A DNA stretch of 64,000 nucleotides from Phoronis australis (taxonomy: Eukaryota > Animalia > Phoronida). The notes under the pieces were generated by a model. That model ran no database searches. It had not been told where the DNA came from and saw nothing but the letters and a program-made list of their open reading frames with translations. Positions 1-12,928 of this stretch are shown piece after piece. A program made the translations under genes and the position numbers. How positions within the stretch are numbered: the first letter of the stretch is position 1; every line of letters starts with the position of its first letter. The DNA lies in the NCBI GenBank assembly GCA_002633005.1, contig NMRA01000069.1, positions 549,740 through 613,739 of the forward strand. Direction: 5' to 3'.

Positions 1-158
1 AACAAGTCATTTCTCCCAACTCGTAGAAGGCTAGTAACTGAGGATCCGTACTGAACAGAATTAAACTCCAAGCATACACACGGATGTTCATTAGGTAGTA
101 AGCAATACTTTGAACGTTTCCTTGACCTATGTGCATGGAGTCAACACAACGTACTGAC

Positions 159-3100
159 CAGTTTTCGTTCCTCATTTTTGATCCGTGTCTCTGCCCACAA
201 ACCATTAACGCCATCTATTGCCACAAGGGTCTTGAATGGGCTTGTCGCTGACTGGAGTTGGATCTCCTTCAGTAAGACGCCCACGCAGTCAGGGGCGTAC
301 TTGATTCTATTCAGACCCTGAAATGAAGAGGTTTTCTGAAGCACCTTATCCAAAATATTGTCATACATCTTCATTTAGCTTTCATCATGGTTTTAAGGAT
401 TATTGACAAAGTTAACCACTCAAACTCAAAAATATGGTTGGAAAAGTTGTAAATCTGAAAGATGAGCCTTTTCAGAACAGAAATATTCTTTTTAGTGTAC
501 AGGTTGATTCACACTTGTTCTATAATCTATGGCTGAGGTAACAGCACCCCAGATTCTTTATTAACTTTTGAACAACATAGATACCAGCAGTGAAAAATGT
601 TAAGCTGTTTTTTTAAAAATCTTTTGATGGCTGATATCTCAATGTGTATGGGCAGTAAGAATATAAACTTAAAACACGTCGCCTGCAAGTAAGGATTTTT
701 AGAAAGGCATCACAGGGTAAAAGGTGACAATTTTCATTAAAGATGACATTTCAAGATATGAATTTACATACTTCAATCATTAGGATTCACGAAATGCGTA
801 CTTTTATGGGTTAAAAATGAGCAGTTAAAAACTAAGGTATTTGATCAAAAGTGAAAGGATATTTTTTGTTTAAAACAACAGTTACCTGTAGCAACTGTCA
901 TACCTCTGTCAAGTATGGAATGCCAGCATTCTGACCAATCACACATGGTCAGTTGCTACACTGAAAATCATACCTACCAGTTCAATGACTTCACTCCAGG
1001 GAGCGCCCTCTTCAGTGATTTCTCGAGGACTCCACGTGTAATGACCTTGAGTTTTAGGCTGAAAAATCAAACACCTTGACCCAATGGAAAAATTCAGTGC
1101 ATGCCAACATATCGTTTGTTACTGGCTTTAAAAAATCTCTCACAAGAAGGATAGCGAATGCCTGTCTGGAAGAATACGATAAAAATTGATCAAATAATAA
1201 AATGAGGTATGCTTTGACATCTACATGACCCAAAGTAGTTTGCACATTAAGAGTAGGTGGCAGCACCACAGTCACACATTCAAAATCCAGAACAACGCAA
1301 TATCTGGGTGACCGTGAGAAATGACTGACCGAGACAATACTGAATGATGAAAACCATCCGCCAAGAAACCGAGAAGAAACCCGTGGGCAAAAAAACACAT
1401 AGCAAGTCTCTACCAACCACACTGATGTGAGAGCTTCAGAGCATGTGCAACTTTGAAAAACAAGATAACAGAAAATTGAGCTATTATTTTTGTCCAAACA
1501 GAAGAAATTTTAATTGTTGACGCAGATAGTTTGCCTACCTGAAATTCCGAAAGCACATGTGCGTTCTGCTGCCTGAAGGCCTTCAACCAGGTGATGGACT
1601 CCTGAGGGAGGTCAACACGGCCAGGTTTGTAGGTGGACATAGCAATCTCTTTACAGAACTTAGTCCAGAAGCAAGCTGCAAAAACAAAGAGTTTGGGTAA
1701 GCAACGATGCAAAAGGTTTTGACCACAAGCTATTGATAAACTGATGTTGCAAGATAATACAGAACTAACTCAAGCTATTGCAAAAACTGTAATTTACAAC
1801 TTTGTGTCATGATTAATTCATAAAGCCCACCTACAACAAAAATATAACCCCTCAATGTAATCTATGAATAATTTGCTTATTTCTTGATCTTATATCTTTC
1901 TCAGATTAAATAGTTTACTCTCAGTCTAGTCGCAGTCTTGTCCCAACTTTAAAAAGTCCATAGTCCCGTTCCAAGAAAACTGACTTAAGATAGCTGCGAC
2001 AAATCTTAAATTTCAGTCAATTTTGAGATAAAACTTAGATTTGTCCAAAGCCCATTTCAAGAAAGAGGTCTTAAGTTTGACTCAAGTTTTTTACTTATTA
2101 ATAAGTTTTGTCTTAATTTTGAGTATCTTACCGGTTGTGGAAGTTTCAAAGTTTGGAAGTTGAGACTAATCTAATGACATTTTTATTGATCGCATTGTTG
2201 GTAATCAGTGGCACTGGTCAAAAAAGGCTCATCTCTCAGATGGAGTATTTTAAAAGCATTGGGGATTTCCATCGAAAATCGTTTTCAAACAACCAGTTTT
2301 GATACTTACGCACAAGACGGATAACTAACTAGTTCTAATACTTACGCCAGGGTGCATGTACAATCAGCCAGTTTTGCTTCGCACAGTAATGCATGACGTG
2401 GGCTAGTGACAGTGTTTTGCCCGTGCCAAGGCGGCCATCTTGGTGAATGGTTAAGGCATGGTTAGAGAGATTTCATTTTTAAACTGGGAATTTTCCAAGA
2501 GATCATATTTCAGAGTATAAAGTCTACGCAGCCTAAAAGATTCTTTTACCAATCTTTTAAGTGTTATCATTCATGGACGTCTCACAGAACACTTGCTGTG
2601 TCAGTGCTGGATAAGTTCAAGATGAACACGTGGCATAGCATGAAGTTAGAATAAGTTTATTTGCTTCAACATCGAAACCTCTAGAAACAGTAGACTTCTA
2701 AAACCATAAATATTTTAATGCAAAAATAGTTTTTTAAAAGTTACTTTTAATAAAAAAGATGATAACTGAAAAATCATTCTCAGACATTAAATCACATACG
2801 ACCACTAGAAAATCGAAAACTTTACTGTAATGACAAATGTAGAATAAAGATATGATTAAAAGACGTTAGCAAATTTGAAATGTAAATCAATACGAGAGTT
2901 AGGAATAAAATTGAGACCCCATTCTTGGAGGTTCTGCTGTTTGTCAAGAACTTGGCAGTAATGTAGGATGTGTACAGGGCTATGCTCTGTAGACGCAATA
3001 TACCATAATGTCCTGTGTTAGCGCCGCTCCTTCAAGAAGCGTCAGTCTCAAATATGTGCTGGGTAAAAGCAAGCTAAAAACACCATTGTTAAATCAGGGC

Positions 3101-6100
3101 TTGACCAATGACAAAAAACGCGGAAACTTTGAAACTTCTACGGCCCAAATCATGCCCGATAACCAGCCTTGAAATGGTCCGACAAAAATCAGGAGGACTA
3201 AAAAAAAAAAAAAACGTTACCACCATCAGTAGCATGCGTCTGCGTCCTTTTTAGCTCGCCCGTCCACTCCCGACCCACACATTTTTGGCTGCAGAGCGGT
3301 AGTATTTGTCGCTGCGCTTAACAATAACACAAGACGCCATTGAAAATCCCACCACGCTGTCCCAGATGCCCCGGCAATGTTGACAATTTACGTTCCTCCG
3401 AAACATAAAGAGCAACTTCCGTTTTTCGAGGTGAACGTCGTCTGCAACGCCGCGGTAAGAAAGGAATTTGCCGCGGAAATTTTATATCAAATCCGATTTT
3501 TTTACGCGGAAATATTATAAAAAAAAGCGGAAAGCACATTTGAAAAAAGCGGAAATCCGCGTTTCCGCGGAAAATTCCAAGCCCTTAAATAAGCGCCGGG
3601 CCTCAGATAAGTGTCAGCGGACGGTAATGTAAGACTAATTGAGAGTACAACAGTTGTCGATTAAGACATGGCTTGTCAAGATCGCTGTTATGACTCGTCT
3701 TGTTCATTTACTCAATTACGAGGCCACGCCCGAAACAAAGTGATTGCTAGATTTGCAAAACTGGCCTCATTGAATAACCACCGTGTTTAAATAAGTGCTG
3801 GTTTAGTATAACTGCCAGTTTGGAATAAGAGCCGGGTCAAGAAATGTCCTACACTACGTTATTAGCTTGCACTTGTGCTAAAAAAATTGTCTAATGAAAT
3901 GGAAACAGTGAATTCAATCCCAGAATTCATCATTCCAACCTCACTGACCAATCACTCCAATGGCTGCCATTTTGCCAGGATAGACCAGTAAGTTCCCAAG
4001 CATACTCATGACACAATTGCCTTTCACTTGCATGATTTTGCGAGATCATGCTTTTCTTGCAAGAAACTTGTTCTACGTTGTGCTACCTTGATGTTCCACT
4101 CGTTATTGGCAGTTTGATACATTCTTAGCAAAGTCCGAGTAGCCCAACTTTTGATCTGAACTGCATCATAACTTTGATATCGATGTTTGCCTCTAATGTA
4201 ACCTTGTACATTTTACTTATACAAAGGATACAAAGTATGTATTTGATTGCAGGTATTTGGTAGTCGGCAGCTTTTAAATAAGTGATGATTTCAATAGCCG
4301 GTTTTCGCACCATAAGTGAAGTTTCTGTAAAGGTTTTTGTCTGAAATGAAAAAATAGATGATTAGAATGTGCGCAACTGCAGTACAAAAGATAAGTCTGA
4401 TAAATAACACCAGCGAATACTCAACAACCTCTTTACATAATATTCAGTCATGCCGATTTCTGACTTGAACAACAGAGGGAGTTGCACCTACTTGCTTAGA
4501 AAAGCAGATGTCAAAAATCAAATTTGATTTAGACCACTAAATGTCATAAACTCATCTTTTTCCTTACATACTCAAATTAGACATGATTTCTAAGCTGGAA
4601 CAAGAACTGTCTTGCCATTATTGTTTGTTTGTTGTCATGGCAGGTTAGTTCCTGCTCGAACTTTAAAATTAGCACGTAAGTAAACAAAGAAATATTGATC
4701 CGACGTTTCGATTTATTCGGTATAAGCCATTCTCAAGGCAAAAGTTCCCATTGTTCAATCAGGAGGTGGAGAATGGTTTATAGTGAATAAACCGAAACGT
4801 AGGATCAATATGTCTTTGTTTACTTACGCACTAGTTTTAAAGTTTGTGCTTATGTTTTGGCCAAAAACAAATATGATCAATCGTTAGTTCCTGCTTCCAC
4901 AGCTACATGGCCGTTAGAATTCCCGCTGATTTGTTGTGACCATTTTCAATTCAAACAAACCGTAAGAATGCGATGACTTTACTTTGGACATGCAAATATA
5001 CCTGTGAAGAAAAATGAAGCTTTTCACGTCGAAACAAGGTTGATAGCCACAGTTTATAGCAACTTTATGTAATGTTTTGCTACACAAGTATGAGGAAATT
5101 CCAGTAGATTTTCCAGTTCTACGCACTTCAACAAACTGCATTAGATGCATCTAGAAACTTGCATTCTGTGAAAGAAAAAACATTGGATTTTAGGCCGTTT
5201 ATCGTTGTAAAACTGGTTCCGTGGTCTTACTGGCACTTTGTTATTGCTAGGGACCGTTCTCGGGACATAAAATGACTCACCACAAAAAGTCAGGTGGCGA
5301 CCAGTTCACTGTTTCCAAGTCCAGAAATTACATCTAATTTCAGTAAGGAACATGTTGAGACCAATTTCATATAAACTGTTAGTTTTCTAAATCAATTGTT
5401 ATTTTTTGACAGAGAATGGGGTTACTGCATCTTAAAGAATCCTCTCCTCTTCAAATAAAGAATAAGTAAACATAGTTTAAAGACAAACTCTGGAGTTAAG
5501 CAGCACATGTGTCATTTACAACAATGGAGATGGTGCGCTCACGCTGCTTAAAAACAAATTCCCATATATGACTCCAACAAGTTTAACTCTCTTACTAGTC
5601 TCTGGAACAAAGGCAATCCTAGACCACCGTAGTCAAACAGTCTCTTGCAGTCTTCATCGGGGACTGTGTAGAACAAGCCTTCCTGTCTCATAGAATGAAG
5701 ATCCTAAGTAATAGAAGTCAGATATAAATTAAAACTACAGCTTTGCAATTATGTATCTTTACAGCACGGGACACTGAACAGCAGTTCATCACATAAATAA
5801 GTGAAGCTGCAGTACACGTGTCTTACAGCATTTTATATTATACTCTACGTATTTATGTTCTGGTTGACGTTCATGTGGAATCCGAGATAAATAGCCGTGA
5901 TTGGTCAAATTTGGAACATCATATCTCAGAAGTGGCTTAACGGAATCACGTGAAATTTTTATTGATACGCTTTACGCACTGTTCTCCAAAACGCTGTTAA
6001 GAATAGTTGTTGTAATATTCTACTTTTGAAAGATTTACTTTAAAAAGAGCGACCTGTATGATTTTTGTGAAAAAATTCAAGTTGCACAAAACAAAAACAA

Positions 6101-9100
6101 AAATTTAGAAAACTGTAACGGCGTTTTTGAGATTTTATCTTGAACATTTAAGCCATACGATATTTGATCCTGTTGTTTTGATATGAATCTGCAGTAGTTT
6201 GGGTGAATTTTACTGAAAAATCGGTCATGTGAGCTTATTAATGGCAGACTGGCATAAAGTCAAGAAACAAATTCTACAGAATTTCTGCTTTCAGAAAATA
6301 TAAACTGCTGCTGAGTTAAATTAATACTTTTGCAGATATTTGGCTGAATGTACAGGCTTGTTAATAAAGTTCTACATATCCTTAAAAACCTTTAGACATT
6401 GTCCCTTTAATAATTCGGTTCTATTAAGCTATACAATGAACCATTCCTCAGTGTGGTAGAATCTCACCATTTTTAAGACACGAGAAGGTGGACAAGTGAA
6501 ATTATATTTTCTCTGATTTTTACCATAAAAGGGAAGTATCACAAAATTAATGCTTCATGACTTTTAATTTCTGAACCATATAGATCATAAGACAATATGT
6601 TGACAATTATGGACATTCACACCCGTGGTAGAAGCCATTGGAAAATGTCGATTTTGCCTATTATTATTTTTGTCCAAAACGGATGAGATGTAACCCTATG
6701 AAATAAGTCTCCCTCTATCATTCAATTCTTATCACGTAATAAGAAAATATCATGGAATTTCATTTTGTCAAAAATCTAGCCAAAAATGAAAATTGTAAAC
6801 ATTCTTCGGTTAAGGACACAGCAAGGTAAAGGATACTTCAAATTTCACTTTGTCAAAGTTCTCAACAAAACTTGTGAACTTTCAGGAAACTTTACTTCGT
6901 TTGCTTTTGAATTTTCACCAAACAATGCGTAGGCAACATTTTGAGCAATGACAACAAAACAGCAAGCCTTTAAAATACCATCACACCTAACCCGTTCCAC
7001 ATAGAACATAAACAATCAAATTCTAAACACAGATTCTAATTCATAAGGATGACGATTGGTTGAAGACATCTCTTGCACAGTCTAGTAAATATTAATGAAC
7101 TGCTGTGGCAAAATCCAATTTTAACACAACACAACATTCTCTCATCAGTGTAGTTCCTACTTTATACATGAGTGGCCATGTCACAAAGTGCAACAGAGGT
7201 CATGTCACACAGTGCATGAGAGGTCATGTCACACAGTGCATGAGAGGTCATGTCACACAGTGCATGAGAGGTCATGTGTTCTAAAAAGAAAGAACAAAGG
7301 TGTAGTAGTGTAAACCAGCCTTCTTACTGGGTTGCTTTCCCGTGTTCTAAAAAGTGGACGTGGCTCCTTGCGCTTAGAGGCCAATTTGAACTGGTGGGCG
7401 AGATTGGACCTATTCTCCGAAGGTTCCACTGTTACCATGGAGGCACGACAGTTGAGACATACTCCCTGCAAGCAGCGCCGACCTAAAACAAAAGATTGCG
7501 ACATTTAATAATTCAGCAGTTTGTCACTGAATGTAACGTTTTTTGCAAACATCCTTTTCCAGATGGCAATGCATAGCCTTATTTTGGAAGAATACAGAAA
7601 CTTTGAAGTTTACATATAATGCTTATAGTGTTGCACCCATTATCGCCAACACTGCAGTGTCAATCTGTTGAACTCATCGTCTGAATGAGTCTAAGTTCGA
7701 ATCCAACCTGAACAGAGATGGTGGACGATACCAAATTCCCCGGATTTTCAACCACCTCTTAAAAGCAAACTTGGAGTAGACTAGTCCAGATGACGACAAC
7801 GCCACCCAGAGAGTGATCAAGACAGCCAGTTGCCGGTCGAAATATCTCACAAATGATTGTTATCTTAGTCGTGAAAAAGTCTTCTTCTTCTTCTTCTTCT
7901 TCAGCGTTCCCAGCCATGTAACTCAGATGGTCAGTTTGGTCTTCTGGAAGAAGTCTGCAGTTCGCTACAATGATGCCATTGGGCCCCACACTTTTGCTTT
8001 AAGTTCCACCGGACTGGACCATGTCTGGCGCCTTAGGGTATCGAACGTAGGGCAGCTCTGCAGTAAATGCTCAGGTGTCTAAGGGCCAGTTCCACAGGGG
8101 CACTCGTCTGTGTGAGAGATTTTCAGACAATGCATGAGGGAGAGCAGCTGGCAGTGGCCGATTCTTAGCCTGAAGATAGTGCCTTGTTCTTGCCAGTCAA
8201 GCTGGTGGACATACTGTAGTCTGCTTCAGTCCCTAGACATAGGTATTGTGTGTCGCCCTTACCACGTTATTCTAATATATTATACAATTAGAAGACAGCT
8301 TACCTAACTGGAATAAACACTGGTGCCGGACACAGTAAAACAGTGGAAGATATGATAATGCGTCTAGAGCGATTTTAGGCACGTCTTGTCTCTTTCGAGT
8401 CCCAAGTATGAAGCCAGAATTTCTAAAACTACTAGAACAGCTTACCCCAGTTCAGCTTCCCTCAGTACCCTCTGAACTCTACAAACCACTGCACGCAAGC
8501 TAATGTACAGATACACAGGTATGTACACAGTGACTATTCCACACACACAGCAATAGCACGTCTGAACCCTCAGACTTCACACGGCAACTCCCTAACTCTG
8601 AACTGCTGCTCTACAGGGATTCTAAAACTCCCGGGATGTGAAGTAACTTCCGTGTCACTACCCTAGGGCCTAGATTGGCTGGAGCTCAGATTCAGTACAG
8701 AGGCGTTCCCTCCGGGCATTTCTAAAGTGACTTCATGAGAGGGTTTTTACTTCTCCATACGATGATGGATGTGTTGTCTACTCCAGTTTGCTTCCTGCCT
8801 TGGAACTTACAATGCAATGGCACAATGCCAATGGCATTGCATTTGTACAGTCAATGCAATGATTTTTAGAAGATACAATTTTAGGGCAAAAACAGCTAAG
8901 AAGATGTACTAGATTTTGAATAACTGGGATGTTTAAAATTTGGGATTAGAGTGACGTGTATCTCGCACGTCAAAATCGTCATGAATCGAAAGTTCAAAAA
9001 GAGAACTTGGAATTTCTTACCTAAGAGTCTCAAAACTGGCACTTGCGTGGAGGCAGACATCTTGGTATTAGTTTCATCCGCAGCCACCAGGGTCTGACGG

Positions 9101-9114
9101 AGGAGTCCTGCCAT
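159..9114 (-). CDS. DAP3: Mitochondrial small ribosomal subunit protein mS29 / death-associated protein 3, 5' part (gene continues beyond window start). Coding exons: 9021-9114, 7328-7482, 5596-5703, 4232-4340, 2346-2438, 1539-1675, 978-1058, 159-317
   Basis: The spliced translation has consistent phases and GT-AG ends: ...[25 protein letters not shown].../[23 protein letters not shown]...[38 protein letters not shown] (P-loop)/...WLKAFRQQN.../[14 protein letters not shown].../[19 protein letters not shown]...[11 protein letters not shown]. These match DAP3 motifs as I recall them (LMVRKPA, YGxxGTGKT, LVAVDGINALW). Confidence 0.95.
2346..2438 (-). CDS. DAP3: DAP3 P-loop exon (YGRLGTGKT), not in the ORF track
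   Basis: The minus strand reads aag|AT GGC CGC CTT GGC ACG GGC AAA ACA...CCC TGG C|gtaag. It is in frame with both flanking exons. Confidence 0.92.
2439..4231 (-). other. U12-type (minor spliceosome) GT-AG intron of DAP3
   Basis: The 5' splice site is GTATCCTTT (4231-4223). The branch site CCTTAAC (2456-2450) lies about 10 nt from the 3' AG, and there is no polypyrimidine tract. Confidence 0.9.
3095..3585 (-). mobile_element. MITE family A copy 1 (about 490 bp, hAT-like, TIR CAGGGCTTGGAAT)
   Basis: Reverse complement of the copies at 20332, 28325 and 36422. TTAAAT flanks both sides, with slightly eroded termini. Confidence 0.85.
4659..4845. mobile_element. Small hairpin MITE (about 60-bp imperfect inverted arms)
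   Basis: AACTTTAAAATTAGCACGTAAGTAAACAAAGAAATATTGATCCGACGTTTCG pairs with CGAAACGTAGGATCAATATGTCTTTGTTTACTTACGCACTAGTTTTAAAGTT. Confidence 0.65.
7178..7277. repeat. Minisatellite, 24-bp unit x about 4
   Basis: (CATGTCACACAGTGCATGAGAGGT)n. Confidence 0.85.
7880..8235 (-). mobile_element. 5'-truncated I/Ingi-type LINE 3' end with (GAA)n tail
   Basis: The minus-strand translation [22 protein letters not shown]...[19 protein letters not shown]...KVWG is a C-terminal CCHC knuckle typical of I-group ORF2. It has in-frame stops and ends in a (GAA)n tail. Confidence 0.8.
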
Positions 9115-9119
9115 CAGAT

Positions 9120-9580
9120 CTGCGATAAATGTAATTAAAAGTTACAAGTAAAGGCTCATATTATTTGGTTTTGTTGTCTTTGAACTACATGTGGCGTTAT
9201 TTTCTGGCAAAATCATTCAAACATAAAATATGAAACGCTCACAACAAAGTGAATCGAAAGATTTGTGACCCTCTGAAGTACACTTCGTTGTTTTCAATTT
9301 AGAGCATTTTTATTGTGTTTTTTTCTTTGTAAAAGTTTTCAAAGTAGATTTCTTTCATTTAAATGCAAATATTTTAAAACAAAATTAAAAATTTATGTTG
9401 CTTATTAATACTGGATATGTATTGGGCTTCTGTCATCGAGCGCCTTTCGTTCCCCACTCCTTGCCGCCATGTTGTTGCACATTTTACGAAATGGCGTATT
9501 CTTTTGACTCTGGTCTGAGTTTTATGTGAAATTGACAGATAGTTCGGAGTACAATCGGTCTGATTTTTGAGGTATGTATT
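9120..9580. promoter_or_regulatory. Putative bidirectional promoter / first non-coding exons shared by DAP3 and ASH1L
   Basis: The region lies between the divergent genes. It contains YY1-like motifs GCCGCCATGTT (9463-9473) and AAATGGCG (9489-9496), an octamer ATGCAAAT (9363-9370) and a plus-strand donor GAG|GTATGT at 9572. An acceptor sits just upstream of the DAP3 ATG (9120-9121). TSS positions are inferred. Confidence 0.55.
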
Positions 9581-12500
9581 CTTCAATCGTCACATGTTGT
9601 AGCATTGCTTTCAAATTACTAATGTGCTGCTTAGAAATACGCAAAATGGAGCGATTTTTTGTTGTTGTTTTGTCTTAAATTCAATGAAACAACGGGCACC
9701 GTTTCGTTTATTTTGCGGTTAAACTCTTGAAACGTTGACACGATTAGCTGATCCTATCGGTGTTTATGACATTTTAATACCTCTTGTGATAACTGATGTT
9801 ACCAAATAGAAGTGGTTAAATCACGGCCTGGCTGATGAGTTTCTGCGTAAATTATTCTTTGCGAGACTTGTTGTGATGTGGGCTGAAACTGAAACTGGGC
9901 AGTTGTCGTGTTTTAACTTCTTTGCTTGGATGTCCTCTTGTGCTATCTCGTTCACGTGATTTTCCCTGGATGAGCAACTCATGAAGTCATTCTGGAATCT
10001 AGTGGCTTTGGACAGTGCTTAGTGCCTTAGCATTTAAAACCTTTAAACTGATCTTGGAACGCAATGAATTTCAATTTGTGAAAGAAAAACGATACGGTTC
10101 CCACGCCAGACATTGTCATTGAGGATTTCTATCTTTTCACCCATTCACTCATCACTGTGTAAATAGTAATTGAAACAAAAGCGTAGAGACATCCACAATT
10201 TAACAATCCTGCATTTTAAACATTGAGAAAGATTTTTTTCATTGGAATAAACAGTTTTTCAATGGAATCAACTGGTTCTCACCATTTCCAAAATATTTAA
10301 ATGGCTGAAATGCACGATTACCAACTTCTGTGTAAAATATTCATATGTATACGTTTGAGCACCCTTAGCCATTACAAAAGGAAGACAAAACCTGTCAATA
10401 TTTGGCCATTATGTTTCATAGCTAACTGTCAGAATTTCTTTCCTATCAACACACTGTACAGAATTTAACAGCAGGGTTCATGGTACATTCTTTAATTTAT
10501 TATTTCCTGTTTCAAGTTATACAGGCTGTTCAGTCCTAGTTTTTGAAAACAATCCTGTTCTCGGTTGTTTACTTAGAATTTCTCATTGACCAGCTGACTA
10601 CTGACCACTGCTCTGGTTTTCTGTGGTCACTTTTCATAGTTGTGGTCACTGTTGGTCAATTGCTTGCTTGTTATTGTGATGACCAGTCATCAATCTAAAT
10701 TGGTTTATTTAGAACTAGGTGCTGTGAAAGGGGAGCTGCTTTGTAAATAGGATCAGTGCTGCTATATTTAGTGTGCTAAGCACCTGTACTCATGGTAGGT
10801 TAGCCTGTACACATAGTAGGTTAGGGAGCTAGAGCCTTCCCTGGTCTTTATTGCATAAGTGGATTGGTTTACAGGCAAAAATTCCACTAGTTCTGCTCCA
10901 GTGTTGAATATACATTATATCATCTAGCCTGGGATTATGTGGTTAGTAGTGAGAACCAGATCACTTGAGGCTGTTAATTTATACATCAAGTACTGATTAT
11001 AGTGATTAGCCTTGTGAAGTTTAGGGGCCATCGCTCACCTGAAGAGAAAGGTGGCTATGCCCTTTTGGGTTGGGAGAAGCCCTCGCCTAATAATGCCTCC
11101 CTTGTCACTACCCTGCAGTGCCAACTATCCAAAAGGTGACTCTAACCTTGAGGATAAAGTTTTTGATTTAGTGCGATTTTCAAATGTTTTTCGTATGGTA
11201 GTGTGGCCAAGATTGAGTACTCGAGCCAGGGCGCTTAGCATAATGGCAACTTGCCTAATGCGACCTCGCAATTCCCAATTTGCCAAACGGCGGTAACTGA
11301 GGTCGCCAAATTTGGCTGGCATGAGCCGAAAACGAATTGCTTGGAATAAAAATCCAGCATACTTGGAGAACTGCTTATAGCTGGTGTGTTCGAGTTAGCT
11401 CGGAATAAGGGTGTGCAAACTGAACTCGGGTAAATATTTAAGTGATGGTAACCTACCCAGCAAATGGTGTATATTTACGGAAAGATGGAACAGATATTCA
11501 TAGTTTTTAATAATCGTGAAAGTGGTACGTTGGGCTTTTTTTTTGGTCGGCGACTTCCATCGACAGTTTTGGCAACCTCATTTTTCATTTGGTGATGTGG
11601 GATTTTACTAAGTCCCATTTGGCTAGTTGGCATTAAGCTAAGGGTTGACCACTGGAGGAGATTCGATTTAGAAGTTGGATTTGAAATATCGCGCCCTAAA
11701 TGTCGAATCATGGCTTGACTGCCTTTCACTCAGAAAATCACGAGCCAGTGATCAGACACCACAGAAGCTATGTCTTAAAATCCAGTTGTCTCAATGTTGA
11801 CAAATTTTTGCCAAGGGTTTGCAATGCAATGTCATTCTATGAAAACGAAAATTGTAAAACCTCAAAGTGATAGCTTGTCACACAAATTCTGAATTGTTCA
11901 AAATTACTTCCGAGTTACGCTTGATGTAGAAATATTTTCCCTCTACCTTTAAAATGAAGCAATGTGCTGACCTGTATGTCGCCAGTGTATGTTTTATTCA
12001 TTAAGAAGTCAAAATGTTAACTGGCAGGGTAATTCCTAACTTGCTCAATATCTGAAATGTTTCTATTCATTGCCCTGCTGAACAATTTTGTAGACGTAAA
12101 CACATTCCAATGGAATGGTAATGGATTTGGTTTAATGACCAAGGAAGAAATTGGATATGTTTTAGTTCCATTAAACCAAGAGACCACAGTTGCCAGCCAG
12201 TTGAGGTTGAACTTTCATGACGTGGCAATTTTTGGCTAGGCTTCGGATAGACTCGAATCTCACACGCTGCATGTACCCTACATATGTACGGTATATATCA
12301 AACATGCTGTTAGACACCTCGGTACATTTGAACCCTGAAGTGTTCATCTAGCTTCCTACATGGGGTCACATCTGCTCTGCAATTCCTCTTTTGACTTCAG
12401 TTCATGTCTGCTGATAACATGTATGTGACTTATCTGTAAATGTGGAGTTGGTTTAATTGCCAGTCAATAATAAACTTGAGGTCCAGGTGTTGTCAGTTCT

Positions 12501-12928
12501 TACCAGTCTTAACTTAAATTGATCTCAGTGATGCAATAATGGATGAGTAATCATTAGTAATTGACTGGTTTGCCAAGTGCTATCTTTAGCGAAGGCTTTG
12601 AGATCTTCACTTGAAATAGGCAGGAAAATTGATGCGTACCTTTCAAACTCGCCAGGTTGTTGTTTGCAGCTTCATAAATGGCCAGGTGTCAATTATGACA
12701 TTCAAAATTAAAATGTAGAGGGAAATAGTCGTTTGAGAACAAGTTTTCTCCACTGAATAATAGCTACCAAACTGGTTCTCAAAGTATGGGGGGGGCCCTG
12801 TAAGTGATTAGTGCACTTGATACGAAAGTTTTTCAAGTAGGAGTGGTGTATCACTAGCGCCACCTACTGAGTATCGAGCACCTTCTGAAAGCATTCTTTT
12901 CAGTTGTTCACGTTTCTGTCTGTTTTAG

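Noticed and set aside
3318-3539. Recurrent short ORFs ([19 protein letters not shown]; [10 protein letters not shown]) at 3.3, 28.5 and 36.5 kb
   Set aside because: They are translations of MITE family A copies, not a gene family.
7759-8082. Poly-Glu / poly-Phe ORFs
   Set aside because: They arise from the (GAA)n tail of the LINE remnant.
8240-8770. Possible solo LTR or other repeat in DAP3 intron 1
   Set aside because: I could not identify termini, a TSD or a second copy in the window.
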